A stretch of 64,000 bases of DNA from a bacterium (GCA_018830565.1 JAHJRX010000079.1:1899-65898), one strand, 5' to 3'; shown: positions 38,002 to 47,796, counted from the first letter of the stretch. The notes: generated from the letters alone by a model not told the origin. Numbers and translations: made by a program.

Positions 38002-39642
38002 ATGAATAAAAATGACCAACCGATATTAGATAATCTATCATTGGTCTATGAGCTATCCCTTTCTATCGGCAAGTCATTAGATTTGGTGGCAAATTGTGAG
38101 GGCTTCCTGAAAACCCTTATGTCCCGAAAAAATCTTTCTTATGTCTCTGTCTGGATAAAAAACAAGTATCTGCCGGATGAAACAGATGAAAGTTGGGCTA
38201 CCCTGGTTTATGCCCATCCTCTGGCTCGGGTAGGGGAAAAACGGATTTCTGTTGAACACCCCATCTTTTCGTTATTAAAAGGCAAGGATGTTCTCTTCGT
38301 TTCATCTGCCGAGGATACCTTTGCCCAATTACTTGTTAGCGAAAAAGGGATTACAGAAGGGGGACTGCTCATATTCGCCTTAGGAGAGATAGGTGTGTTA
38401 AAACTTTTTTCTCTTGCAAAAATATCGGAAGAAGAAATCAATCAACTTAAAGCACTAATCTACAAGTTCACTATTTCTATTGAGGGTTGCCTTGCATATC
38501 AGCAGACATTAAGAGACCAAGAGCACCTTGAGGAGTTGGTAAAAGAACGTACCGAGAAGTTGGCAGAAAGCGAGGAACGCTTCAGTCAGGTAGCCGAAAG
38601 TGCTGATGAATGGATATGGGAAGTCAATGCAGATGGGTTATACACTTATGCCAGTCCTATCGTAGAAAAAATATTGGGCTATAAACCAGAAGAAATTGTC
38701 GGAAAGAAACATTTTTATGATTTTTTTGCTCCGAATATAAGGGTAGAATTTAAAAAAGCAGCCCTTGATGTTTTTGGCAGAAAAGAAACTTTTACAGGAT
38801 TTATTAATCCCAATGTCCACAAGAATGGCAATTTAGTTATCTTGAAAACAAGTGGATTGCCAATCCTGGATGAGAAGGGGATTCTTCTTGGATATCGAGG
38901 TGCAGATGCAGATATTACTGAACAAAAACAAATGGAGGAAAAGATTATAAAGGCAGAAAAACTTGCCGCCGCTGTTCAGATTGCCTCTGAGGCTGCCCAT
39001 GAAATAAAAAATCCATTAGCCGTTATTAAGGCTGGGCTTTATTACTTAGAAAAAATTCTGCCTGAGAATGAGACGGCTCAAAAGACACTTTTCCGAATGA
39101 ATGAAGCCACACAAAGGGCAGTTACCTATATTAATGACCTGCTGAATTTCTCAAAACCACCTGTCATGGCGTTAAAACCGGTTGATCTCCATAAGGTTAT
39201 TGAGGACTCTATTAACGAACTACATCAAGAGATGTTAACCGTGATAGAAATAGAGAAGGATTTCGCCCTTGATGTGCCACTTCTAACAGCAGATCCTGAC
39301 CAACTCAAACAAGTCTTCGTCAATCTCATCAAGAATGGGGTTGAGGCGATGAGGGAAAAGGGAAAATTAAAAATTAAAAGTGAAAAATTAAAAATTAAGG
39401 AGGAAGAGATTGTTCAGGTAAGCATTTCTGATACGGGTAGAGGGATAACAAAGGAAGACCTGAAACATATCTTTGACCCGTTTTTTACCACAAAAGGTAA
39501 AGGCACAGGATTAGGTTTAGCCATTTGTCAACGCATTATTGAGGCACATAAAGGCGGGATTGAGGTTAAAAGCGAGGTAGGGAAGGGGACGATGTTTGTG
39601 GTTAATTTGCCGGTGCCAGCCATTGACAGGGAGGTTATTTGA
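38002..39642 (+). CDS. Cytoplasmic PAS-domain sensor histidine kinase
   Basis: 546 aa, no TM. PAS region (SQVAESADEWIWEVNADGLYTYASPIVEKILGYKPEEIVGK); HisKA H-box AAHEIKNPLAVIKAG; HATPase_c N/G boxes NLIKNGVEAM...GKGTGLGLAICQRII. Higher GC. Confidence 0.8.
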   Translation: MNKNDQPILDNLSLVYELSLSIGKSLDLVANCEGFLKTLMSRKNLSYVSVWIKNKYLPDETDESWATLVYAHPLARVGEKRISVEHPIFSLLKGKDVLFVSSAEDTFAQLLVSEKGITEGGLLIFALGEIGVLKLFSLAKISEEEINQLKALIYKFTISIEGCLAYQQTLRDQEHLEELVKERTEKLAESEERFSQVAESADEWIWEVNADGLYTYASPIVEKILGYKPEEIVGKKHFYDFFAPNIRVEFKKAALDVFGRKETFTGFINPNVHKNGNLVILKTSGLPILDEKGILLGYRGADADITEQKQMEEKIIKAEKLAAAVQIASEAAHEIKNPLAVIKAGLYYLEKILPENETAQKTLFRMNEATQRAVTYINDLLNFSKPPVMALKPVDLHKVIEDSINELHQEMLTVIEIEKDFALDVPLLTADPDQLKQVFVNLIKNGVEAMREKGKLKIKSEKLKIKEEEIVQVSISDTGRGITKEDLKHIFDPFFTTKGKGTGLGLAICQRIIEAHKGGIEVKSEVGKGTMFVVNLPVPAIDREVI

Positions 39643-39951
39643 ATGAAGGATACACTCTCAGAGATAACTAATAGAATTGTGGATGAAATAGCTCCTGATA
39701 AAATTATTCTTTTTGGTTCAAGGGGGAAGGATGGAGGGACACAGGATAGTGACTATGATATTTGCATATTAAAGAGTGGTGTTGAGAACAGAAGAGTGCT
39801 TGAAAAGAGAATCTACCGGAGACTCTTTGGTGTGGGAGCGGCTGTGGATGTCATAATCGAAACCCCTGAGAAGTTTAAGGAATTGAAGGATAAATGGTTT
39901 CTTGTTCACAGTGAGATTGCAAAATTTGGGAGAGTGGTTTATGAAAGATAA
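39643..39951 (+). CDS. Minimal nucleotidyltransferase (MNT/MntA-type antitoxin component)
   Basis: 102 aa. ILFGSRGKDGGTQDSDYDICIL = GS-x9-DxD Pol-beta-type NTase motif. ATGA overlap with the PAS-kinase stop. Confidence 0.75.
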   Translation: MKDTLSEITNRIVDEIAPDKIILFGSRGKDGGTQDSDYDICILKSGVENRRVLEKRIYRRLFGVGAAVDVIIETPEKFKELKDKWFLVHSEIAKFGRVVYER

Positions 39952-40342
39952 GGAATTTGTTCTGGAATGGTTGAAGAGAGCAAAAAGCCATCTTGCAAGG
40001 GCAAGGATGGGCAAAACATCTGAAGAAGTATTGTACGAAGACCTTTGCTTTGACTGTCAACAGGCAGTTGAAAAGACTATAAAGGCATTGCTCATCTCCC
40101 GCAATAAAAAATTTCCATGGACCCATTCTATTGCAAAACTATTAGAGTTAGTCTTAGAAGAAGGCATTGAGATTCCTGACAAAGTCAAAATGGCAATAGA
40201 CTTAACAGACTATGCAGTAAGAACAAGATACCCTGGAGAGATAGAACCGGTTGACGAGGAAGAATATGAGGAGGCATTAATACTTGCAGAAGATGTGTAT
40301 AATTGGGCAGATAAACTTATACTCGATGTTCAAGTTTTTTGA
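39941..40342 (+). CDS. HEPN-domain protein (HepT-type toxin component), partner of the upstream MNT
   Basis: Start taken at ATG 39941 (MKDKEFVLEWLKRAK...), overlapping the MNT 3' end by 11 nt. HEPN helical pattern ...FDCQQAVEKTIKALL...VRTRYPG. The ORF-track start 39902 is probably too far upstream. Confidence 0.7.
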   Translation: MKDKEFVLEWLKRAKSHLARARMGKTSEEVLYEDLCFDCQQAVEKTIKALLISRNKKFPWTHSIAKLLELVLEEGIEIPDKVKMAIDLTDYAVRTRYPGEIEPVDEEEYEEALILAEDVYNWADKLILDVQVF

Positions 40343-40589
40343 TCTGTGCAATTAGAAATCACCACATACTTGAACTGTTTGACTTGTAATTAGGGTGATT
40401 TACCGCAAAAACACAAAGATTCTTGATTTATATGGTTACGGACATGGATAAACCCTGTCCCTACAACGGAATATCAACAAAAATTGTAGAGACATCTCTG
40501 CCAGAGGTGCTACCTCCTTGTGGGTGTCCGTTTTTAAGGCTAACAGTACAAATCGAAAAAACTTAAACATTGAGTAATAGGAGAGTGTT

Positions 40590-41132
40590 ATGAATAAAAA
40601 TGACTTTGAGAAATTGGTAAAAGAACGGACAGATATTAATGACCTGCTGAATTTCTCAAAACCACCGCTGCTTAATCTGAAACCGGTTGATGTCCATAAG
40701 GTTATTGAGGACTCTATTAACGAACTACATCAAGAGATGTTAACCGGGATAGAAATAGAGAAGGATTTCGCCCTTGATGTGCCACTTCTAACAGCAGACC
40801 CTGACCGACTCAAACAAGTCTTCGCCAATCTCATCAAGAATGGGGCTGAAGCCATGGAGGAAAAGGGAAAATTAAAAATTAAAAGTGAAAAATTAAAAAT
40901 TAAGGAAGAAGAGATTGTTCAAATAAGTATTTCTGATACGGGTAAGGGGATACCAACAGAAGAGTTAAGTCGTATCTTTGACCCGTTTTTTACCACAAAA
41001 GGTAAAGGCACAGGATTAGGCTTAACCATCTGTCAACACATCATTGAGGCACATAAAGGCACAATTGAGATCAAAAGCAAGGTAGGGGAAGGAACGATTT
41101 TTGTGGTTAAGCTTCCGGAAATTACGCCGTAG
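40590..41132 (+). pseudogene. Internally deleted paralogue of the PAS histidine kinase (HATPase_c half only, no phospho-acceptor His)
   Basis: Same RBS and first 5 codons as 38002 (ggagRgtgttatgaataaaaatgac), then a segment matching kinase aa about 173-182 (LVKERT), then about 90% identity to kinase aa about 372-541. Equivalent to the kinase with two internal deletions. Confidence 0.7.
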
Positions 41133-41272
41133 TTGAAAATTTTAATGCAATAATACTCATAAATTGTAATTGAAAATTACCCATTAAAAGAACCGAAAAA
41201 GATGTAAAATGCCTTTAAAAAAAAGAAAGAAAAATAACTACTGCTGCTATGGAATAATCTCTGACCTTTACT

Positions 41273-41530
41273 ATGGAATTTATTTTAACTTTGAGGCCAT
41301 TTAAACGCTGGCTGGCAAAAGTTGGTTATGAACGAGTGCAGGAAATTGAAAATCCTGAATTGGCAACTAAACGGACAAGAATGCTTTACAAACTCAAGGG
41401 ATATTCTGATGACTGGATAGAAAAAAGAATGCGCGGAATTGCCATTCGTGAAGAGTTAACTGATGAGTGGCAAAAACGAGGAGCAAAAGAACAAAGAGAC
41501 TATGAAATTTTAACCGCGGATTTGGTATAA
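41273..41530 (+). pseudogene. RhuM/DinD-like virulence-protein family, N-terminal fragment only
   Basis: 85 aa. ...DWIEKRMRGIAIREELTDEWQKRGAKEQRDYEILTA resembles the conserved core of RhuM-family proteins (full length about 330 aa). Truncated by the adjacent minus-strand HEPN/MNT pair. Confidence 0.4.
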
Positions 41531-41559
41531 CTCCAAGCGAATATAAAAAATTGAAGAGA

Positions 41560-41976
41560 TTAGAAAGAGAAAAATTTGTTTTCTTCTAAGTATTCTTTAA
41601 TATTTTGCACAAATACCTCAGCCTTTTCTATGAATGGTTCAGCTTGCTCATAGGTAAGTTCAGCATATTCGCGATAATCCCCTCTCTGTCTTAATTCAAA
41701 AGCCTTGTTTATTGAATACCCTATCTCCTCAGAAAATACTTTACCTTTAATAAATCGCTTATTGAAGTAAGATAAAACTCCACTATGTTTTGACGATGTA
41801 AATGGCTCAAATATTATTAATGCGAGAACTGCATAAAACATTCCATAATAAGCACGATTGATAACTGAACGCGAACTTTTCTTCGCAGAGAGTAAACAAG
41901 TTGCTTCCTCAATGCTTTCTTTAGCTTGTTTTAATCTGTATTTAGCTAGTTGAAACTGCTTGTCTTCAATCGTCAA
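41560..41976 (-). CDS. HEPN-domain protein (toxin component of second MNT/HEPN pair)
   Basis: 138 aa, helical. ...AYYGMFYAVLALII...ELRQRGDY. ATGA overlap with the upstream MNT. Confidence 0.7.
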   Translation of the reverse strand: MTIEDKQFQLAKYRLKQAKESIEEATCLLSAKKSSRSVINRAYYGMFYAVLALIIFEPFTSSKHSGVLSYFNKRFIKGKVFSEEIGYSINKAFELRQRGDYREYAELTYEQAEPFIEKAEVFVQNIKEYLEENKFFSF

Positions 41977-42329
41977 ATTTGAACACCTTCTTTCTGGATT
42001 ATTTTATAAATAGGTGATTCCGACATCGGGCCTTCTTCTATCTCATCCCTACCAAATATAATTATAGACATAAAAGTGTCCTTTTCAAGATTAATCTTAA
42101 AAACAATATCATCTATCTGTGATTCTATTTCAGAAGTAATCTTCTCAACTTCAACCATTACATCTATATCTGATTCAGGAGTATCTTCACCTCGAGCTTT
42201 TGAACCAAAAAGGCGAAAGTCTACAATCTTAAATTTCTGGGATAGCATCTCTTTTAAATTTCTAAGAGCTATCCTTTCATTTTTTTTTAATGATAAGTTT
42301 AATTCTGAACTACTTTGCAATTTATCCAT
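41973..42329 (-). CDS. Minimal nucleotidyltransferase (MNT antitoxin component)
   Basis: 118 aa. FRLFGSKARGEDTPESDIDVMVEV = GS-x9-DxD motif. Confidence 0.75.
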   Translation of the reverse strand: MDKLQSSSELNLSLKKNERIALRNLKEMLSQKFKIVDFRLFGSKARGEDTPESDIDVMVEVEKITSEIESQIDDIVFKINLEKDTFMSIIIFGRDEIEEGPMSESPIYKIIQKEGVQI

Positions 42330-42351
42330 TTATCACCTGCTGCTTAAGATA

Positions 42352-42470
42352 CTTATTAATGAAAATTTGACCTAGAGCAAATTAATCTGATGGCCAACGA
42401 GTTTATCTTTTATTGCTCGGTATTATTTCCTATGTCTAGTTTTTGTTAATAACTACTATTAAGATTCTTA
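42352..42470. repeat. Conserved intergenic element, copy 3 (extended about 115-nt form)
   Basis: cttattaatgaaaatttgacctagagcaaattaatctgatggccaacgagtttatcttttattgctcggtattatttcc...tttttgttaataactactat. Core shared with copies 1, 2 and 4; the extension is shared with copy 4. Confidence 0.8.
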
Positions 42471-42533
42471 CAACCTTCTCACTCGCTTTCCCATCCCCTT
42501 ACCATAAATTTTGTTTATCTTAACCACAGGAAA

Positions 42534-44243
42534 TTATTTCTTATACACCAAAAGACTATTTTCAAACCTTTGAGAAGTGAAGATAACTCTTTCTCTGCCA
42601 TACCCATACTGAGTCATAATTTGATACCAGTGGTCACTAATAGTGCGAGCTATGTTTTCCTTAGAAGTAGGAGCAAGAAAGGTAGAAAAAGTAAAGCTTT
42701 CTACCCCTCTTTTTTTAAGATTACGAAGGAGATGATGAAGAGATTCTTCATTTCTTACCCAGAAGAAACATTTTTCATAGAAGATAGAAGCACATTCTTG
42801 TGGTAACCACCAAACATCGGTAATTATTATTTGAGAGTTGAGATCTTTCAAAGATTTTATCTCTTTTAGGATAATATTTTCTTCTTTAAAGTTTTTATAA
42901 ATTCCTATACCTTGAATAAGGAAGCTAATTAAGCAGAGAAGAATAAATATCTTTTTAGTAATCTTAATTAAGGTAGGTTTAAGATTGAGGTTATTTAAAG
43001 AGTAATAAGTAGATAAAGATAAGATGATTAATAAAGGATAAAGAGGTAATAAAAATCTTGGTCCCCATTGTTTATCTCCAAACCCAGGAGGAGTAAATAA
43101 GAAGAAGATATAAAAAAGAGAAGTGTAAAAGAGTAAATTCAATCGATCGGGAGATTGTTTTTTTAAAAAGGTAGGAATATTTAAAACTATGATTATCAAA
43201 AAAGGAGAAGTAACCAAGAGACCAATAATTCTGGAAAAGCCACATAAACAAGCTATATATGCAGATACAAATAAGATCAGGATAAGCATCATAAGGATGA
43301 TATTATTTAATCTTCTTAACTTAGGAATTACCTGGAAAGAGAGGATTAAAAAGGTTAAGAAGAGAAAGAGTAAATTTATACTTCGATTGATACCGGTATC
43401 AAATAATAAATGATAAAGATCTGAGATTTTGCTCTTTACTAAATAAAGGACTGATTTAGTTTCATACAAGGAGCAATTAATGGAAGCATGAGCACCAATA
43501 AGATTTCCAAAAACAGTATAATTGTAACACAAAAGAGGAGAAGTAGCTAATATTAACCCTAAGCTAATAATAGAGATATTTAATAGTTTTTTAGAATAAC
43601 TTGAAGAATCAATTAAGAAATAAGAGACTATGGTAGCTACAAAGAAGAATACTATTTCTAATCTAAACCAGAGACTAATACCAAATATTAACCCAGAAAT
43701 AAAGAGTTTAGATATCTTCTGGTCTTTATCTTTAAAGAAAAGATAAAAAGCCAAGAAAGAGAGAAGCATAGCTAAAGAATGTTCCCAAAAGACAGAGCTG
43801 TAAAAGAAAATAGGAGTGCAGAAACCAGCTACTAAGATGATCAAGAAAGAGTTTACTTTGGTGATAGACCAGAAGAGTTGGTAAATTAAAAAGATGGTCA
43901 AGACAGAGGATAAAAGAGGAAGGATGTATAGACCAAAGGATCCTATTATCTGGTAAAGAAAAGAAGAAAAAAAAGAGAAAGCTATAGGAAAGATAAGATA
44001 AAATTTTTTATCTTTTTCATAACAAGGGGGAAATCTAAGAGGAAAATGCTTATGATCTGAATCTAAGTACTCTCCTGGATATTCAATTTGAAGTTTTCCC
44101 CAATGATGCTTAATTAAGTTTTGAATTTGGATAAATTTAGCGGCATTATCGCCACTAAAGAAGACTTGATGGGAAGAAAAAGAAAAAGTTAAGGTAAAGT
44201 AGATGACACCTATTAAGATTATAGATAAGATATTTTTATTCAT
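42534..44243 (-). CDS. GT-C membrane glycosyltransferase (ArnT/PMT-like, GT39/GT83 family), paralogue 1
   Basis: 569 aa, about 12 TM. C-terminal soluble domain homologous to those of 46153-47796 and 48515-50110 (...YLLVD..KY....LVKIE.K..P........RG...Q.WFEH). Confidence 0.6.
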   Translation of the reverse strand: MNKNILSIILIGVIYFTLTFSFSSHQVFFSGDNAAKFIQIQNLIKHHWGKLQIEYPGEYLDSDHKHFPLRFPPCYEKDKKFYLIFPIAFSFFSSFLYQIIGSFGLYILPLLSSVLTIFLIYQLFWSITKVNSFLIILVAGFCTPIFFYSSVFWEHSLAMLLSFLAFYLFFKDKDQKISKLFISGLIFGISLWFRLEIVFFFVATIVSYFLIDSSSYSKKLLNISIISLGLILATSPLLCYNYTVFGNLIGAHASINCSLYETKSVLYLVKSKISDLYHLLFDTGINRSINLLFLFLTFLILSFQVIPKLRRLNNIILMMLILILFVSAYIACLCGFSRIIGLLVTSPFLIIIVLNIPTFLKKQSPDRLNLLFYTSLFYIFFLFTPPGFGDKQWGPRFLLPLYPLLIILSLSTYYSLNNLNLKPTLIKITKKIFILLCLISFLIQGIGIYKNFKEENIILKEIKSLKDLNSQIIITDVWWLPQECASIFYEKCFFWVRNEESLHHLLRNLKKRGVESFTFSTFLAPTSKENIARTISDHWYQIMTQYGYGRERVIFTSQRFENSLLVYKK

Positions 44244-44247
44244 CTTA

Positions 44248-44973
44248 CTACTTAAACTTCTGTAATAAAGAATTTAACCGAAGCCTTAAAGGAAATATTA
44301 AATTTTGTAATAAAATCTTAAGAGTTAGTTTAGAATCACCAAATTTTCTATCTTCAAAGATGATAGGTATTTCTTTAATGGAAAAGTTATTTTTTTGGCT
44401 AGCTATGTAAAGAATTTCTGAAACCAAAGAAGGTCCTTGAGAAATAAGCTTATCTAATCTTATCTTAGCTAAGACTTCTTTTCTAAAACAACGATATCCA
44501 GAGGATGGATCTCTTACTTTAAGTCCTAAGATTAATCTTAGGTATACATGGGCAAAAAGGCTTATCCATTTTCTGATAATATGACGATATTTTTCTGCTC
44601 CTCCTTTAATAGTTCTTGAACCGATAACCAGATCATAGTCTTGAATTTCTTTTAAAAATTCAGGAATATAAGAAGGATCATGGGATAAGTCAGCATCCAT
44701 CTCTATTAGACAATCAATCTCTTTTTCTTGGAAAGAGTAGAGCATTCCTTCGATTCCAGCCAGGCCTCTACCTCGTTTTCCCTGGCGGTGAATTATCCTT
44801 ATTTGAGTATTACGAAGAGCTAATTTATCGACAATCTTTCCTGTGCCATCAGGGGAGTTATCGTCTACCACCAAGATAAGACAACTTATGTTTAGACTTA
44901 AGATCTGGTTAATTAATACTTCGATATTTTTAGCTTCGTTATAAGTAGGAATTAAGATTAATGGTTTGGACAT
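44248..44973 (-). CDS. GT2 polyprenol-phosphate sugar synthase (Dpm1/ArnC/GtrB-like)
   Basis: 241 aa. ILIPTYNEAKNI...LVVDDNSPDGTG...DADLSHDP, the GT-A DxD architecture of DPM-synthase-like enzymes. Confidence 0.8.
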   Translation of the reverse strand: MSKPLILIPTYNEAKNIEVLINQILSLNISCLILVVDDNSPDGTGKIVDKLALRNTQIRIIHRQGKRGRGLAGIEGMLYSFQEKEIDCLIEMDADLSHDPSYIPEFLKEIQDYDLVIGSRTIKGGAEKYRHIIRKWISLFAHVYLRLILGLKVRDPSSGYRCFRKEVLAKIRLDKLISQGPSLVSEILYIASQKNNFSIKEIPIIFEDRKFGDSKLTLKILLQNLIFPLRLRLNSLLQKFK

Positions 44974-44980
44974 ATAGGCA

Positions 44981-46156
44981 TCACCTTAAGTCTTTAAAGG
45001 GTGTTTTTTTAATTGTTTTGATGATAATAATGACCAAGATTGAGCCTATTGCTAAAAGAGTAAGAATCTTTAAAAAGATTTCAATGCTTTTTACAGTAAT
45101 AAAAGGAATGCCTTGCCTGGTAAAGACCCAACCTACTTCCTTTTCAACTTGAAGAGTGTGCTTATTTATTAGTTGGATTGCGACGAAATGAGTTCCTTGA
45201 ATTAAAGGAGCTTTAAGGATTAAACTAAGTTTTTTAGTCTCCTGGTCATAATTATAAGGAAGTGTTTTTTCGTCCAAGGTAGCTGTTATTTGATAGTTAC
45301 TTAAATTAACAGGTTCTTTAAGCAGGGCAAAAATCTTAGGTTTTTTGTAAAATGTCCAGGTAGCTAAAGGTGGATTTAAGTAGTCGACTTCTAATGGTTT
45401 AATATTTAAGATTGAAGCAAATTTTTTTAAATCAAGATTATTATGTATTTCTAAACGATTTAAATTAAAAGGATCAGCCTTTAAGGTATTAGTTCCTCCA
45501 TGACAGGCTAATAAAGCCTCGTATCCATATTCCTTAGCTTTTTCAATCGTCACTTGGTCGTATTTACCATAAGGATAAGCTAAGTATTTTACTCTTTTAT
45601 TTAGTTTTTTCTCAATAATCTTCTTTGATTCCAAGAGTTCTCTTTCTAATTGTTTAAGATAAGATTTTTTTATTTCAGTCTTAAAATTTCTTACCAGGGC
45701 TCTAGGGTAATGGGTTTTTGAATGTCCCTGGGTATCAATTATTTTACTTGCTTCCATCATCCTTATTTTTTCCCAAGAAAAATCTTTATTTACAAAATTA
45801 AGGGTTAAAAATAAGGTAGCTGGAAAGTTAAATCTTTTCAAATAAGGAAAAGCTACCTCATAAACAGTCTTACACCCGTCATCGATAGTAATGACTACTG
45901 ATTTTTGAGGAAGAGGTAGTTTAAGTTTTAAAGCTTCTATTAGCCTTTCTAAGGGTATCACTTGATAACCCTGAGAAGCTAAGAATTGAAGTTGTTCCAA
46001 AAATTGTTGAGGTGGAATATTTATTCTTCTATAATTTTTTTTACAAAAACTATGGTAAGTTAAGATAGGTATAGTCTGGGAAGCAGTAGAGGTATTAACC
46101 AAAAATAAAGATAAAAAGGTTAAGGAGATAAGATAGAAAAAAATATTTTTTTTCAT
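44981..46156 (-). CDS. Polysaccharide deacetylase (CE4 / NodB homology domain)
   Basis: 391 aa, signal peptide. NodB motifs TIDDG...TLFLT...HSKTH (TFDDG/H-S/T-xxH pattern). Confidence 0.7.
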   Translation of the reverse strand: MKKNIFFYLISLTFLSLFLVNTSTASQTIPILTYHSFCKKNYRRINIPPQQFLEQLQFLASQGYQVIPLERLIEALKLKLPLPQKSVVITIDDGCKTVYEVAFPYLKRFNFPATLFLTLNFVNKDFSWEKIRMMEASKIIDTQGHSKTHYPRALVRNFKTEIKKSYLKQLERELLESKKIIEKKLNKRVKYLAYPYGKYDQVTIEKAKEYGYEALLACHGGTNTLKADPFNLNRLEIHNNLDLKKFASILNIKPLEVDYLNPPLATWTFYKKPKIFALLKEPVNLSNYQITATLDEKTLPYNYDQETKKLSLILKAPLIQGTHFVAIQLINKHTLQVEKEVGWVFTRQGIPFITVKSIEIFLKILTLLAIGSILVIIIIKTIKKTPFKDLR

Positions 46157-47796
46157 AGCTTCTCCTTCTTAAATAAATCTTTTAGATGATAAATTCTTAC
46201 TTCAGAGACTTCTTTTTTATCAACATTCTTAAAAAAAGCTAAGGTTTTAGAGAAAGAAACAACACAATGTTCAAACCAGTATTGAAAATAAAGGCCTCTA
46301 TTTTCCTTAATTACCAAGATAGGTTTTATCTTAGATTCTATCTTGACAAGAAGAGGTGAACTTTCTAAAGGAAAGTGGGGGAATTTAGTTATATATTTTT
46401 GAGTATCGACTAATAAGTAGTGGTAACCCTCACCATACAAATCTTTTAAATTAGCTAAATTCTTAATACTGCGAATATCCTTGACTAACTTAGGGTCTTT
46501 AACATAAAAAAGAGAAACTTGTTCGTGAGTAGTAATATGTTTTAAATCTTTTAAACTTTCTAAAAATTTAAATGACTCCCTTAAACCCGAATTTAAACTT
46601 AAGATATTTCTTATCTTAGGTACGGAGAAGATACCAATTAAGATCAAGATAAGGATCAAGATCTTCTTTTTACGGGATGTTGAGGACTTAATTAAATCTT
46701 CTAAAGACTTAGCGATAATTAAGAAGATACTTGGTAGAGCAATAACAAAGAATCTAGGGAAGTCAGCGCTATAGAACCCAAAAAAGATTAAAGAAATAAG
46801 AAATGGAGAGAGAATAATAAAATGAAGAGGTTGATAAGATTTGATGAGTTTAAATACTCCATAAATAAGTAATAAACAAATAATTATTCCTTCTAATTTA
46901 TACAAATAGTAAGGGTAAGAAATAAAGTCATAAATATTAAAACTTGCGCTACCCCCAAATCGGTAAAAATTATCGAATAATAATTCAAAATATGTTCTGA
47001 AGGAAAAGATAACGTTGGCTCTCCTAAAAATGATTAATACTAAATGGTAAAATAATTCATAGATAGCCAAAGGTAAGATCATGGCTATAGATAAGGTTAA
47101 AAACCGCTTCAGATTTTCTGTGGAGAAGTAAGGCCTTTTTCTATAGAAAAAGTATAATTCATATAAAAAGAAGAACATCGGCATTAATATCCAACGGTAG
47201 TTACAGCTATAAGCTATTCCTATAAAGAGACCGGAAAGAGCAAGATACCATAAAGAGAAGTATTTGTCTTTGATGCTTTGTAAGTATAAGGTGGTAGCTA
47301 AAACAAAGAAAAAGAGGGTATTTATTTCTCCTATTCCTTGTCGAGAATATAATAAATGATATCCTGAGATAGATAGTAAAAAGGCTGTTAATACTCCTAC
47401 CTGAGAAGAATAAAGTGATTTACCTAAGAGGTAGATTAAAAAAATAGTAGCTAATCCAAAAAAAGCAGACATTAAACTACTGGTATAATCTTTTACCCCG
47501 GCCGTAAAAGTACCAAATAGAGCAATTAAACTTGCATGGCCAGGCTTAGGGTTAGCTAAAGGTAATCCCTCCAGGTGGTTAGAGATATAAGTAGCTCTTT
47601 CTTGATCGGTAATATTTTTAAAGAAAAGACTCTTAAAAGTATGGCTAAATAGACTCTCTACGAAGACTGCTTCTCGAGAATTAGCAGCTTCGTCAGTAAG
47701 GAAAAAGCCTTTTTCCTTGAGGTGATAAAATCTAAGCAGACCCCCTAAAAACAAGATTATAATTAACAAAAGATAAAGAAATAGTTTTTTATTCAT
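46153..47796 (-). CDS. GT-C membrane glycosyltransferase (ArnT/PMT-like), paralogue 2
   Basis: 547 aa. First-loop DE motif (FFLTDEAANSRE), about 11 TM, C-terminal soluble domain. Confidence 0.65.
   Translation of the reverse strand: MNKKLFLYLLLIIILFLGGLLRFYHLKEKGFFLTDEAANSREAVFVESLFSHTFKSLFFKNITDQERATYISNHLEGLPLANPKPGHASLIALFGTFTAGVKDYTSSLMSAFFGLATIFLIYLLGKSLYSSQVGVLTAFLLSISGYHLLYSRQGIGEINTLFFFVLATTLYLQSIKDKYFSLWYLALSGLFIGIAYSCNYRWILMPMFFFLYELYFFYRKRPYFSTENLKRFLTLSIAMILPLAIYELFYHLVLIIFRRANVIFSFRTYFELLFDNFYRFGGSASFNIYDFISYPYYLYKLEGIIICLLLIYGVFKLIKSYQPLHFIILSPFLISLIFFGFYSADFPRFFVIALPSIFLIIAKSLEDLIKSSTSRKKKILILILILIGIFSVPKIRNILSLNSGLRESFKFLESLKDLKHITTHEQVSLFYVKDPKLVKDIRSIKNLANLKDLYGEGYHYLLVDTQKYITKFPHFPLESSPLLVKIESKIKPILVIKENRGLYFQYWFEHCVVSFSKTLAFFKNVDKKEVSEVRIYHLKDLFKKEKL

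Noticed and set aside
40343-40590. 43-codon ORF (MVTDMDKPCPYNGISTKIVETSLPEVLPPCGCPFLRLTVQIEKT) between HEPN and the kinase fragment
   Set aside because: Short, no RBS, no recognisable family. The region also contains a small terminator-like hairpin (gaggtgctacctc + T-run). Likely non-coding.
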